64,000 nt of DNA, taken from IMG/VR virus record IMGVR_UViG_3300025098_005131, one strand, 5' to 3'. This document shows, one piece after another, positions 28,878 through 38,350 of the stretch (positions are counted from its first letter, which is position 1; every line of letters begins with the position of its first letter). Source of the DNA: a virus (taxonomy: Duplodnaviria > Caudoviricetes). The position numbers were made by a program, and so were the translations under genes. The notes beneath the pieces were generated by a model. That model ran no database searches, was not told where the DNA came from, and saw nothing but the letters and a program-made list of their open reading frames with translations.

Positions 28878-29111
28878 ATGAGCGACTATCAATACCAAGA
28901 AATCTTCGAGACGTGGCGCAACAAAACATTGTCAGAAGGCTTTACCCTTAATCAATTCCGGAGTCGATATAACTTCTTTGTAGAACGTGACAATATATGC
29001 GAACTCACCAAAGCTGTAGGCGCAAAGATGGCTTACATGAGCCTCGTCAAACAGCATCAAGAAGAGCTTCGACTCGTGCAAAGTGAAATGGAGAACGTAA
29101 GATGGATATAG
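28878..29111 (+). CDS. Hypothetical protein
   Basis: ORF track; AGGAG SD. Confidence 0.65.
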   Translation: MSDYQYQEIFETWRNKTLSEGFTLNQFRSRYNFFVERDNICELTKAVGAKMAYMSLVKQHQEELRLVQSEMENVRWI

Positions 29112-29332
29112 TCAAATATACAAAAGAGTTTCTCTATCTCTTCTCAGGTATGACAGCTCTTTTTGCCTGTACGATCGGAATCATAGTTGTTTCTTTGGCA
29201 CCTTTCGGTTTATGCATTTATCTCGGCGACGTACTAGGGTATCACGGTGTGATCGCGATGGGAGCAACAGTTTCCGTATACGCTTTTTACTATATCATAG
29301 CACGTCGTTTCAATCTACTCGGGGAAGTATAA
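29102..29332 (+). CDS. Two-TM small membrane protein
   Basis: Two hydrophobic helices. Confidence 0.6.
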   Translation: MDIVKYTKEFLYLFSGMTALFACTIGIIVVSLAPFGLCIYLGDVLGYHGVIAMGATVSVYAFYYIIARRFNLLGEV

Positions 29333-29568
29333 TGAATGTTGATCATACACAAATCCTTACATGGCCAACTCCAACAGGCATCGCAGCGTCGAACAAAGTC
29401 ACTCAAACGGCGAGGATTAATAACTACCTTGCAACAACAAAAACCTTTCTGGCTGACGGAACGGAAGTTATACCAAATAGCGAAACACTCAAAATAATCC
29501 TTCAAGGCTGGGATGACTTTGGTGTTGAAGTTGTTATCTCTTCAGACTCTTACATTGTAAAGGACTAA
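29332..29568 (+). CDS. Hypothetical protein
   Basis: Likely start MNVDHTQ at 29332, within track ORF 29212-29568. Confidence 0.55.
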   Translation: MNVDHTQILTWPTPTGIAASNKVTQTARINNYLATTKTFLADGTEVIPNSETLKIILQGWDDFGVEVVISSDSYIVKD

Positions 29569-29572
29569 ATAT

Positions 29573-29752
29573 ATGATTGAAACTATTATGTCTGCAAACT
29601 TTTGGCTTAGTGCTCTTGTTCCTGTTTCTTTACTTGCATTGCCTATCATGCTTGTTGGCAAAGCAACTCCAGTTCGTTCTTTTATGGCTGCTGTTGTAAT
29701 CTATCTCATGATTATTCTTCTCTCATCATGCAATATACCTGGTCCATTCTGA
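29573..29752 (+). CDS. 59-aa two-TM membrane protein (not in ORF track)
   Basis: MIETIMSANFWLSALVPVSLLALPIMLVGK...LLSSCNIPGPF*; AAAGGA SD. Confidence 0.55.
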   Translation: MIETIMSANFWLSALVPVSLLALPIMLVGKATPVRSFMAAVVIYLMIILLSSCNIPGPF

Positions 29753-29959
29753 TTCGCTATGTCCACCCTACGGTGTCGTCCTAATCACTAGCAGTGACAT
29801 TTTGATCTACTTTTGCGTAGATCTGGTCGCTGCTTTTTTGTATTCAGAGTATGCTCAAGGGTATAACAGCTCATCCCGTCTAGCGTGTAATATTTACTTT
29901 TTTAGTGTATAATATATCATAAGGCAACACAAACAATCATTCAATTCAAAGGAATCCTC

Positions 29960-30250
29960 ATGGCTTCAATAAGAACAACTAAAATCGGCGATACTCTAAC
30001 AATCAAAAAGATAGCACAGATCTATGGCCATCACCCTAACGGAAGATTCCTCACCAATCACAGCTCACATCCTGATTGCGCATACCCAAAGGTTAATGAT
30101 ACCCAATACATCATACAACCTGGCACAAAACTCGCTGTTATTAATAAAGGCAAAGCTGAAACAAAGTTTAGAGAAAGCTATGTCACTGTAGTTCATAACC
30201 AACACGAATTCGATATCATGTCTTCAGACCTAAGAAGATTCTGCGATTAA
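29960..30250 (+). CDS. Hypothetical protein
   Basis: Promoter 29885; AAAGGA SD. Confidence 0.7.
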   Translation: MASIRTTKIGDTLTIKKIAQIYGHHPNGRFLTNHSSHPDCAYPKVNDTQYIIQPGTKLAVINKGKAETKFRESYVTVVHNQHEFDIMSSDLRRFCD

Positions 30251-30336
30251 CACTTATCGTGTAATATAGATCAATCCTGTTTTATAATATATCATAATCC
30301 AATACAAACAATCATTCATCCCAAAAGGAAACAAAC

Positions 30337-30690
30337 ATGAATAACGTTTTAAAAGAAAACACCTACTTCATTATCGATTATCGCAGCCTCCCTTCAGGCA
30401 TCGGATCTATCGTCTTTCCAGACGACAAGACAATACTCGTCACAGACGAAGAATGCGGACCAAAAAACATGGAAGAAGCAAAACAACATATCAAAAAAGA
30501 GTTTCTCCCATCAGATGTTTCTCACATTCCATTCAGCACATCTGAACACTACAAAGTCGGCCAATCAGCACTAAGCACTATCCTTGAACATCATAACGTC
30601 AAATACGTTTACGATTCTGAAATGGGATACGAATTCAACAACGGCGAAACTACATTCACTCTAAATCAATGGTTAAAGATGAGAGGTTAA
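30337..30690 (+). CDS. Hypothetical protein
   Basis: Promoter 30259; AAAGGA SD. Confidence 0.7.
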   Translation: MNNVLKENTYFIIDYRSLPSGIGSIVFPDDKTILVTDEECGPKNMEEAKQHIKKEFLPSDVSHIPFSTSEHYKVGQSALSTILEHHNVKYVYDSEMGYEFNNGETTFTLNQWLKMRG

Positions 30691-31097
30691 CATGACATTA
30701 GAACAACTAAACAAAGCTATCCACGACGAAAGACAGAGTCGCGGCCTTACTGGTCGCCTAGAAGACCTCATCAATAAACGCAACAAACTCTTAAAAGGTA
30801 AGTCATGATATACTTTACTACTTACTTCATAGGATTAGTCATCGGCTTCTTTGCAGGCTCCTTATTCACTAAAGCTGTCGAGCCTAAAGAAGAATACATT
30901 TCTCTCACTCCAAAAGGCCAAGACTATCTCGATAAACTAAATAACAGTGACTCAACCGAACAACCCTAACGTCTCGTCATCATCACTGCTGCAAACATTT
31001 TAATCAAACCATCAGCTAAAGTTACCTCCTCAATCGTGTAACCCTGTTTAATCTCTTTATATAATATATCATAACAACCTTCCAAAGGATTTACAAC

Positions 31098-31463
31098 ATG
31101 AATAATCAAATAAGTTTAACTCAATGGAATGAGCTCATCGAAACTGTTAAGAACTCACCTGTTACTAAAGTCCAAGCAGATGACACTCTATACATCAGCT
31201 CACGTAACTTCGGCAACTCTAAACGCTACTTCTGCTACGATAACTACGATCGATTCGATGTTCCAGGTCTAGACTTCATCATCTCAAACAACGATGAACT
31301 CGGAAAACTCACAGTCTACAGCGCTAGCGAACAAGCTAGAGCTCCTATCAGCTTCGAACAAGGTAAACAAATTGCCCGAAACCTCTTCAATGAATACGGT
31401 GACCAGATGGCAGAAGAGATCGTTTGTGAATGGGTTATGGAAGGCAACAACAGCACTTTCTAG
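31098..31463 (+). CDS. Hypothetical protein
   Basis: Promoter 31036; AAAGGA SD. Confidence 0.7.
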   Translation: MNNQISLTQWNELIETVKNSPVTKVQADDTLYISSRNFGNSKRYFCYDNYDRFDVPGLDFIISNNDELGKLTVYSASEQARAPISFEQGKQIARNLFNEYGDQMAEEIVCEWVMEGNNSTF

Positions 31464-31745
31464 TCAAGCTGCTCTGTCTCACGTAGCACAGCTTTGAATC
31501 AGCTTTCCCCGGGACAGAATTGAAAAAAATGTTAATGATAATGATTATCAATATCAGTACGCGTCTCGAGCTTAGTCGTGAGGGTAGTAGCCGTGAGGCA
31601 GAATAGAATCCTTACGTTAACGCTGTTTTGGTTTTTTGCGTCGCGATGATAGTTTGTTTGTATAAGTGTAGAAGTTTAACGTGTGTGTAAATTCGGCCAC
31701 TTGTTGATTAAGATAGGGTGGTATATGATAGAAGGAGAAGAGTGA

Positions 31746-32045
31746 GTGAAGAGAAGATATATTTTAGTGTTGGTATTGAGTTTATTGTGGAGTGGTTGTG
31801 GAGCGATGTTGGGTTCTTCGAATGGAGTGAAGAGGTATGAGATTGGGAGTGAGAAGAGTTATGAGGTGAGTTGTATGGAGGGGGGAGAAGAGGTTGTGTA
31901 TGAGTGGGTGAGAGTGAGGGAGGGGAGTTTAGCGTATGACGTTGAGAAGAGGGTGTGGGATTTTGTAGGGAAGAGGAAGAGAGATGGTAAGTTATTGAGG
32001 GTGATTAGTAGTAGTTGTAGGATGGAGATGGGGGATTTGATATGA
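31746..32045 (+). CDS. Lipoprotein (similar to 47026-47322)
   Basis: Lipobox WSGC; CMEGG...SSSC pattern. Confidence 0.65.
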   Translation: MKRRYILVLVLSLLWSGCGAMLGSSNGVKRYEIGSEKSYEVSCMEGGEEVVYEWVRVREGSLAYDVEKRVWDFVGKRKRDGKLLRVISSSCRMEMGDLI

Positions 32046-32242
32046 CGTATATGATTGGTGGAGTGTTAGGATTGGGGTTATTGATGTATGTATTAGTGAT
32101 GTTTTTGTTTTTGCGTGGGAAGAGTGGATTAGAGAGGGAGGTAGAGAGGAAGATGAAGTTGGGGATGGAGTTGCAGCGTAGTGGGAAGTTGAGGGAGTAT
32201 GGTGAGTTGATGAGGGAGATAGAGGAGTTGGAGGGGAAGTGA
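32042..32242 (+). CDS. Single-TM small protein
   Basis: N-terminal TM helix and amphipathic tail. Confidence 0.6.
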   Translation: MTYMIGGVLGLGLLMYVLVMFLFLRGKSGLEREVERKMKLGMELQRSGKLREYGELMREIEELEGK

Positions 32243-32341
32243 TTGTGTGTTTGTTATGAGATTTATCGAGTGTATATTGAGTATGCGAGAGAGTATAATA
32301 TAATATAGGGAATCAATCAATTATTTGAGAGGGGTTATGAT

Positions 32342-32749
32342 ATGGTTAGATCATTGGTAGAAGTAGAGTTTCATGAGATTAATCCGTTTGAAGAGATAGT
32401 GTATGTGCATGATCATTCTGAGCATAATATGTTGGGAGAGTTGCATACGAGGGAGAGGGGAGTGGAGGCAGTGACGTATGCGGGGAGCGTAGATCATGTA
32501 GAGAAGTTTGATTTGAGGGATGTGACGAAGACTTGGGATTCGCAGGTGAGGGTGGAGTGGGGATTTCATAAGGGAGAAGAGTTTGATGAGGTGTTGCATA
32601 TACCTGTTAATATAAGTCAGCAGCCTATATTGGGGAATTTAGTTTTGGTGAACTTATTGAAGGCGCATAATGTTGGGTATGTGACGTTAGGGAAGATTAA
32701 TGAGGATAAGTTTATGAAGTTAGAAGATTTCTGTGAGAATTATTTATAG
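32342..32749 (+). CDS. Hypothetical protein, paralog of the C-terminal part of 40115-40735
   Basis: DVTKTWDSQ...LHIPVNI...NVGYVTLG versus DITKVWDSQ...VHIPLNI...NVEFVSFG. Confidence 0.75.
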   Translation: MVRSLVEVEFHEINPFEEIVYVHDHSEHNMLGELHTRERGVEAVTYAGSVDHVEKFDLRDVTKTWDSQVRVEWGFHKGEEFDEVLHIPVNISQQPILGNLVLVNLLKAHNVGYVTLGKINEDKFMKLEDFCENYL

Positions 32750-32826
32750 GTGTAGGTTAGATTAACTTTGTATTATAATATACTATAAGGTACGTTCAAT
32801 CGATCATTCAATTAGAGGGATATATT

Positions 32827-33339
32827 ATGAAGAGGGTAAAAGATGTTTTTGGTGAGCTGCGAGCTTTAGCGGATGTAGCGCAGGAGATTTATGTGAGTAA
32901 TGATCCTTATGATAAGTTTACTTCGGAGTATTCAGCAGCGAACAAGTTAGCTAGAGATTTTCAAGCGGGTATAGCTCCGGAGCTTGTTGTGAGTCTTAAG
33001 AAGGCGCAGGAGTGGATTAGGGAGAAGCATTCTGTAGTTTATTGTGGGAGTAATTGGACTAATTGTTTTGGTATGGAAGAAGCGTTGTTTGAGTATGTGG
33101 GATTTAATCGGTATAGGATGGATAGGGAGCGTGGAGAAGAGGAGTTTAAGGTAGTAGATGTTTCTCCTAAGCAGATGATTGTAGATGGTTATAAGTATTA
33201 TAAGATTCTTGCGGATCGAGAAGCAGATGTTTTGGCTGCAGGTGGTGTTGATACAGAGAGAGTCTTTACTTTAGAAGATGCTATAGCAAGTATGTTATTA
33301 GATTTGAAAGAGTTTGATGATCAGTTAGAGTCTGTATAG
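32827..33339 (+). CDS. Hypothetical protein
   Basis: Promoter 32750; GAGGG SD. Confidence 0.7.
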   Translation: MKRVKDVFGELRALADVAQEIYVSNDPYDKFTSEYSAANKLARDFQAGIAPELVVSLKKAQEWIREKHSVVYCGSNWTNCFGMEEALFEYVGFNRYRMDRERGEEEFKVVDVSPKQMIVDGYKYYKILADREADVLAAGGVDTERVFTLEDAIASMLLDLKEFDDQLESV

Positions 33340-33413
33340 GTGTAAATGAGATTGATTGTATATTATAATATATTATAAGGTATGTTTGGATTATTATTTT
33401 AGGAGGAAGCAGC

Positions 33414-33779
33414 ATGGATTTATTTAATGAGGCAGCTGAAGCTTTTGATAGCAGCAGAGATTTTGTGAAGTATCATATTGAAGAAGAGAGTTCTATTGAG
33501 TGGATGGGAGTTGCTGCGTGTGTTTCTGGTTTGGAGCCTGTTTCTTTGATTGAGAGAGATGATGGATTGTTAGGGCTTGCCTTTAGATATAAGGAGACAA
33601 TAACAGAAGCTCATTTTTCTACTGATGTTCATGGTAATGAAAGAGTTAATCCTGGTCAGCTTAGGTATTATCCTTCAGATATATTATATGGTGTTTATGA
33701 TCAGCAAGGAAATGTTTTTACAACTAAGAAAAAAGACTTTGAATCTTTATGTTCTAGTTTGAATGCAAGAGGCGTTTAG
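33414..33779 (+). CDS. Hypothetical protein
   Basis: Promoter 33340; AGGAGG SD. Confidence 0.7.
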   Translation: MDLFNEAAEAFDSSRDFVKYHIEEESSIEWMGVAACVSGLEPVSLIERDDGLLGLAFRYKETITEAHFSTDVHGNERVNPGQLRYYPSDILYGVYDQQGNVFTTKKKDFESLCSSLNARGV

Positions 33780-33839
33780 TAGTATTGTATATGTGTAAAT
33801 AAGACTAGTGTGTAGGTATAATATACCATAGGGGGATAT

Positions 33840-34172
33840 ATGATAAAAAGAAAAAGAAGATCTGATAGAAATCATATAATCTACCGGCTGAAGAATGCTG
33901 AGACAGGTAATGAGTATATTGGTATTACTGTGCAAAAAGATCAAAAAGTTATTGGTAGTGTGAAGTTACGTTTTAAGCAGCATGTATCTCGTTGTAAAAC
34001 ATCTGGTAAGCAGTGGTTATTATATCAGGAAATGAGAGAGTATGGATATGAGAGCTTTAGTTATGAAGTGATAGAAGTTGTTCGTGGTAAGAAGAAAACT
34101 CATCAGAGAGAAATAGAATATATCAATGTTTATAATCCTCAGCTTAACACTAAGAAGAAATCAATTATATAG
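33840..34172 (+). CDS. GIY-YIG nuclease
   Basis: HIIYRLKN...EYIGITV...RFKQH...EIEYI...PQLN. Confidence 0.8.
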   Translation: MIKRKRRSDRNHIIYRLKNAETGNEYIGITVQKDQKVIGSVKLRFKQHVSRCKTSGKQWLLYQEMREYGYESFSYEVIEVVRGKKKTHQREIEYINVYNPQLNTKKKSII

Positions 34173-34184
34173 AAGGGTAGTATC

Positions 34185-34637
34185 ATGAGCAGCACGAACT
34201 TTAAGAAGGCATATACTGAGACGGGTTATCAGCGGACGACTTATATGTCGCATTCAGTCGAGGGTATCTGTAATTTTGATGTGCATGGAGATGATTATTC
34301 TGAGAGTATTGAGGTTTTTCATAAATCTTATGTTGCTTCACGCAAGCAGCTCTTTAAAGATATAGGTTTGGGCAAGTGGAGTGAAGACAGCGACATAGGT
34401 TATCAGAATTATCTACGTGTTTTAGAGAGCGGAGAGTATGAGTTAGGTTATTATGAGAACGAATTTTCTTACAGGGTGCCAGCACAGATTAAGTGTTGTG
34501 ATGTCTGGTTAAGCTTAGGTAAGTTTACTAATACTTGTAGCTTGTGTGATGCAGATTATAATGGAAGCGGGCAGCTCTTAGCCTCTCGTTCCCAATGGGG
34601 TGAGGAGACTGGTGAGCATTGGTCTGAGTGTACGTGA
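34185..34637 (+). CDS. Hypothetical protein with Cys-rich C-terminal domain
   Basis: CC...FTNTCSLCDADYNGSGQLLASRSQWGEETGE. Confidence 0.7.
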   Translation: MSSTNFKKAYTETGYQRTTYMSHSVEGICNFDVHGDDYSESIEVFHKSYVASRKQLFKDIGLGKWSEDSDIGYQNYLRVLESGEYELGYYENEFSYRVPAQIKCCDVWLSLGKFTNTCSLCDADYNGSGQLLASRSQWGEETGEHWSECT

Positions 34638-34736
34638 TCTAGAAAGACACTTAATAAGTGTAAATAAGATTAGTGGTATATTATAATATGTTATAAGGCA
34701 ACAACATTCAATCATTCAATTAAAAGGAAATCCAAT

Positions 34737-35363
34737 ATGGGTAAATATACTTCTAATGATAATAGGTCTATGCAGTGTAATCCTAATAACGAAAGATACT
34801 GGTCGTCAAGAGGGTATAATGATTATGATGATGAAGATTCATATTCCAATAATGATCATGACAAATGGGCTAAAGAAAGAGATTTTAAATACAAAGAAGC
34901 AATTGATGAAACGGCTTTTAGCTATTTAGACAAAAAAATTCTATTCAAAGATGCTACTCGGGCTGTATTTGGTTTTGATCCTATTGGTGGAACCGTTGAG
35001 TATTTAAGTGAAAACATTCTTGAAGAAAAGTTAATCTTTAAAAAAGACTTTAATATTAAAAGGTCTGATTTGAGAAGTTTTCTTTTAAACAATACTCCTT
35101 CAAAGAATATTGAAATAAAACAAAATTGGTTTATAAGGGACATAGTTGAAAAAGAAGGTGGTTATTTTCGAAGATACGAGTATTTATTATTAGAAATGTT
35201 TGTGAGTTTAAACTATGTTATATTCTTATTTAACGATTATCGGCAAGGATTGAAGTCTATACCAAGTTACGGCCCTCAGCGTTGGATGTTTAAAGACTTT
35301 AAGAGTGGAGAGCTCGATTTTAAGACAGACAACGTAGTAGAAGATTTGTCTGAGTGTTATTAA
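34737..35363 (+). CDS. Hypothetical protein
   Basis: N-terminal NDNRSMQCNPNNERYWSSRG motif; promoter 34658. Confidence 0.7.
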   Translation: MGKYTSNDNRSMQCNPNNERYWSSRGYNDYDDEDSYSNNDHDKWAKERDFKYKEAIDETAFSYLDKKILFKDATRAVFGFDPIGGTVEYLSENILEEKLIFKKDFNIKRSDLRSFLLNNTPSKNIEIKQNWFIRDIVEKEGGYFRRYEYLLLEMFVSLNYVIFLFNDYRQGLKSIPSYGPQRWMFKDFKSGELDFKTDNVVEDLSECY

Positions 35364-35379
35364 TTTAGAAAGTTTTACT

Positions 35380-35622
35380 ATGAAGTATATGTTATTGTTA
35401 TTAGTTATGTTTTCTATTGCATGCAGCGAAACTAACGCTGCTGAAGGCGATCAGAAATACGAATTAGTTTGTAAGCATCCTATAGGACATATTGTGAGAT
35501 ATCCCGTAAGCTTTGATACGTTCTGGAGTCCTGTCAATACAAGAGGCGGAATCTTTAGATTTAAGACGTTAAATGGACTGATTGTTAGAAGTAGTTTTTG
35601 CCATGGAGAAGCTAAGCATTAA
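35380..35622 (+). CDS. Lipoprotein (paralog of 44933-45211)
   Basis: Lipobox SIAC; VCKHP...FRFKTLNG...SSFC. Confidence 0.7.
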   Translation: MKYMLLLLVMFSIACSETNAAEGDQKYELVCKHPIGHIVRYPVSFDTFWSPVNTRGGIFRFKTLNGLIVRSSFCHGEAKH

Positions 35623-35746
35623 AAGACTTGTTTATAGCGATTTGTAATACTTCTGTAATGTTATTAATGTGTAAATAAGATTTATTTTGTATTATAATAT
35701 ACCATAAGGTACATTCAATCATTCAATCACACAAGGCTTTATTATT

Positions 35747-36652
35747 ATGAAGAAATTTTTAATAGCTGCATCTATAATAGCTAATTCTGGCTGTGGCGTT
35801 TTGATGACAGTCGAAAGTCATAATATGATTATCTCAGCTCGAGATAAGATTATAAAACGTAACATGCAAGAAATCAGCGTTAAAAAAAGAACAATAGAGG
35901 AAATAGAAGAAAAGAATGCAAATTATAAATATAAACATGTTGTTCTAAATCAAAGCATTAAAAGAAAAGAAAAGTCTGTTAGTGTCTTGCGTCAGCAAAT
36001 AAAGAGTATCAATGCTAAGTATGCAGATTTAAACAAACAATTTACTAAAGTATTAGCAGAGAAGAGTAAGCTGGAGTCAAACAGAGTTAAGCAAATTGCA
36101 ATTAGTCAGGATAGTAAAGAGTTTCTAGCACTATATTTGCTTGCTTTAGAAGAAGGCTACGATGGTTTCTTTCGACAATATGCAGAAAACTTTTCAGAGT
36201 CTGGACATAGTAGTAAGAGTGTAGAAAAAGAAGTTAGAAAGATTTATGATCAAACTTTAAAACTTGGAAAGAAAACTATATTTGAGAAAAGTGCAGACTT
36301 TAAAATTGAGTACATAAACAAAAAAGTTCAAGGTGAAATAAGTTTTGAAGTAGGTAATCATTTATATGTGCATGAGTTCATAGTAAAAAGAGATTTAAGC
36401 AAACTTAAAAATAGCGGCATAAATTATGTTGTAGGCTTTAAAGTAAAAAATGACAATTGTTTTAAGATAATAGAAAAGCCTTTATACGACAAGTACGGGG
36501 ATCCGGTCATTGAGTATAAGGATGTTAATGATTATGAGCAGGTAGCAGTAGAAAAATATAAAAAAGTAAAGAAGAAATATAAGTGTTTAAAGGTAAACGC
36601 AAGTTACTTAGTCTACACATACAATGGAGAAGCTATAAAATATGAAACTTAA
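35747..36652 (+). CDS. Coiled-coil lipoprotein
   Basis: Lipobox NSGC; long heptad region. Confidence 0.65.
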   Translation: MKKFLIAASIIANSGCGVLMTVESHNMIISARDKIIKRNMQEISVKKRTIEEIEEKNANYKYKHVVLNQSIKRKEKSVSVLRQQIKSINAKYADLNKQFTKVLAEKSKLESNRVKQIAISQDSKEFLALYLLALEEGYDGFFRQYAENFSESGHSSKSVEKEVRKIYDQTLKLGKKTIFEKSADFKIEYINKKVQGEISFEVGNHLYVHEFIVKRDLSKLKNSGINYVVGFKVKNDNCFKIIEKPLYDKYGDPVIEYKDVNDYEQVAVEKYKKVKKKYKCLKVNASYLVYTYNGEAIKYET

Positions 36653-37790
36653 TAAAAAGCATTTGTTGATTTTGTGCGTGCCGTTATTTTGCTGCAGTGA
36701 AAGTAAAAACATAACGACTTCTGACAAAGAACAAATTAGGCAAGAAGATCGTAATGAAAAAGGATTTGATCTGGAAACAGGAGAAGAAAAACTATTTTGT
36801 GCTAAAGAAGACTTAATCTGTAATGAAGACTTGGACTGCACAACTTCAACAGGCGTTTCAGCTTCTTGCGTGCAAGGTGTATGTGTTACTGATGGTCCGG
36901 GCTGTATGTATGATAGTGATTGTTTTGATAGCAATCCGTGTGTTGTGCATACTTGTGAAGAAGGAATGTGTAAACCTTATAGTAGTTCAAGTAAAAGTAG
37001 CTGTGAGGATCCTGAGACTGGATTGAGTGGTATTTGCGCAGGCACTACTTGTGTTGTATTAAAAGAGACGTTAGAAGAAAACATAAAAAACGTTTGTGAT
37101 ACTGAAGCTGAAGGTTTTAATGAAGACGAATGTGTTTTTTCAAGTAATAGTTGTATGAAGTTTTCTATGAAAGAAAATACTTTTAAGCAGCTGCCAAACG
37201 GAACTGAGTGTGAGAACGATCTTGGCGCTCCAGGCCAATGCCAATCAGGTTATTGTAGATATGATGATGACATAGAAATAAAAACTGAAGTTAAGTGTGG
37301 TTACAAGAATTATTATGACAACTGGGGTAGAGTAATCTATAGAGAAAAAAAGTGCAGAAACAAAAAGAAAATCCAGTTTAAGATTAGTAAAGAAAAGTTA
37401 AGCAAATCAGCAAAGAAACTTAAGCGATCGATAATGAAAAACTTAAGATACGATGTGCATGTTGGAATAGTTCACAGTCATAGTGGTGGTTATAATATAG
37501 TTATAACAAACACAAACAAAAAAGATAAAGTTAGAGGTATGATTGATCCATCTTTGATTGCATGGGAAATTGCATCGTTTACAAAGAAAACAAATTGGAG
37601 AAGCGCAAACTTACAAGTATGGACAAGACCTAGACACGATGGCTGGCATATGTCTACTAGCGGTTCAAGAAGAGCAGTTAGAAAAGGTCAACAAGGTGCG
37701 GGATGGTTAGGCATGTATGGTGTAGTTAACGTTCGAACGTTTAGAGTGTGGTTGGAAAAGAATTTTAGATATATTGAAAAGGGTTATTGA
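36642..37790 (+). CDS. Cysteine-rich repeat lipoprotein with basic C-terminal domain
   Basis: PLFCCS; repeats such as CMYDSDCFDSNPCVVHTCEEGMC. Confidence 0.7.
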   Translation: MKLNKKHLLILCVPLFCCSESKNITTSDKEQIRQEDRNEKGFDLETGEEKLFCAKEDLICNEDLDCTTSTGVSASCVQGVCVTDGPGCMYDSDCFDSNPCVVHTCEEGMCKPYSSSSKSSCEDPETGLSGICAGTTCVVLKETLEENIKNVCDTEAEGFNEDECVFSSNSCMKFSMKENTFKQLPNGTECENDLGAPGQCQSGYCRYDDDIEIKTEVKCGYKNYYDNWGRVIYREKKCRNKKKIQFKISKEKLSKSAKKLKRSIMKNLRYDVHVGIVHSHSGGYNIVITNTNKKDKVRGMIDPSLIAWEIASFTKKTNWRSANLQVWTRPRHDGWHMSTSGSRRAVRKGQQGAGWLGMYGVVNVRTFRVWLEKNFRYIEKGY

Positions 37791-37869
37791 TATGTGTAAA
37801 TAAGATTTATTTTGTATTATAATATACCATAAGGTACGTTCAATCATTCATTTAAAAAGGATATAATAT

Positions 37870-38340
37870 ATGAATCCAGCAATCCAGAAACTAAACGAGC
37901 TTATTTGTGAAGAATATAATGTCGAGATAAAGCTTGATCAATCTCTTATACACGACTCTTACGATGAAGGTGAGTTAGAAGAGTATTATTTTTATCATAA
38001 TGTTGCTGAATACTGTTTTTACTCTCAACCTGACACTTTATCTGAAAAGTTAAGAAATAAGTTAAACTTCATCTCAAATGGAGAATTGCAGACTGAAATT
38101 GTTTCTGATTTAGATAGTGATGATGAGCTTAGTTGTTTTGAAGACAGACTTTGTATGATGCAGCAGACAAGAGAAGATAGGACACAACCATCTGAAGATG
38201 AAGTTGAGTTATGGAAAAAGGGAGAGTTTAAGCTGTTTAATCTTTATACAGAGTTTAAGATTTACTTTAATGGTCAACAGATTTCAGATCTTGATCTAAT
38301 CAGAGATCTGGTAAAAGAAAATACGTATCTAACAGCATGA
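37870..38340 (+). CDS. Acidic hypothetical protein
   Basis: Promoter 37794; AAAGGA SD. Confidence 0.7.
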   Translation: MNPAIQKLNELICEEYNVEIKLDQSLIHDSYDEGELEEYYFYHNVAEYCFYSQPDTLSEKLRNKLNFISNGELQTEIVSDLDSDDELSCFEDRLCMMQQTREDRTQPSEDEVELWKKGEFKLFNLYTEFKIYFNGQQISDLDLIRDLVKENTYLTA

Positions 38341-38350
38341 TGAGGTTGAG

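Larger units (their letters stand above)
24325..31065 (+). promoter_or_regulatory. GTGTAA-N17(18)-TATAAT promoter repeats, block 1 (15 copies)
   Basis: -35 starts: 24325, 24528, 24695, 24845, 25608, 26077, 26413, 27085, 27414, 27643, 28442, 28793 (GTGCAA, 18), 29885, 30259 (18), 31036 (18). Most continue as A(T/A)A(T/C/A)CATAAGG. Confidence 0.9.
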
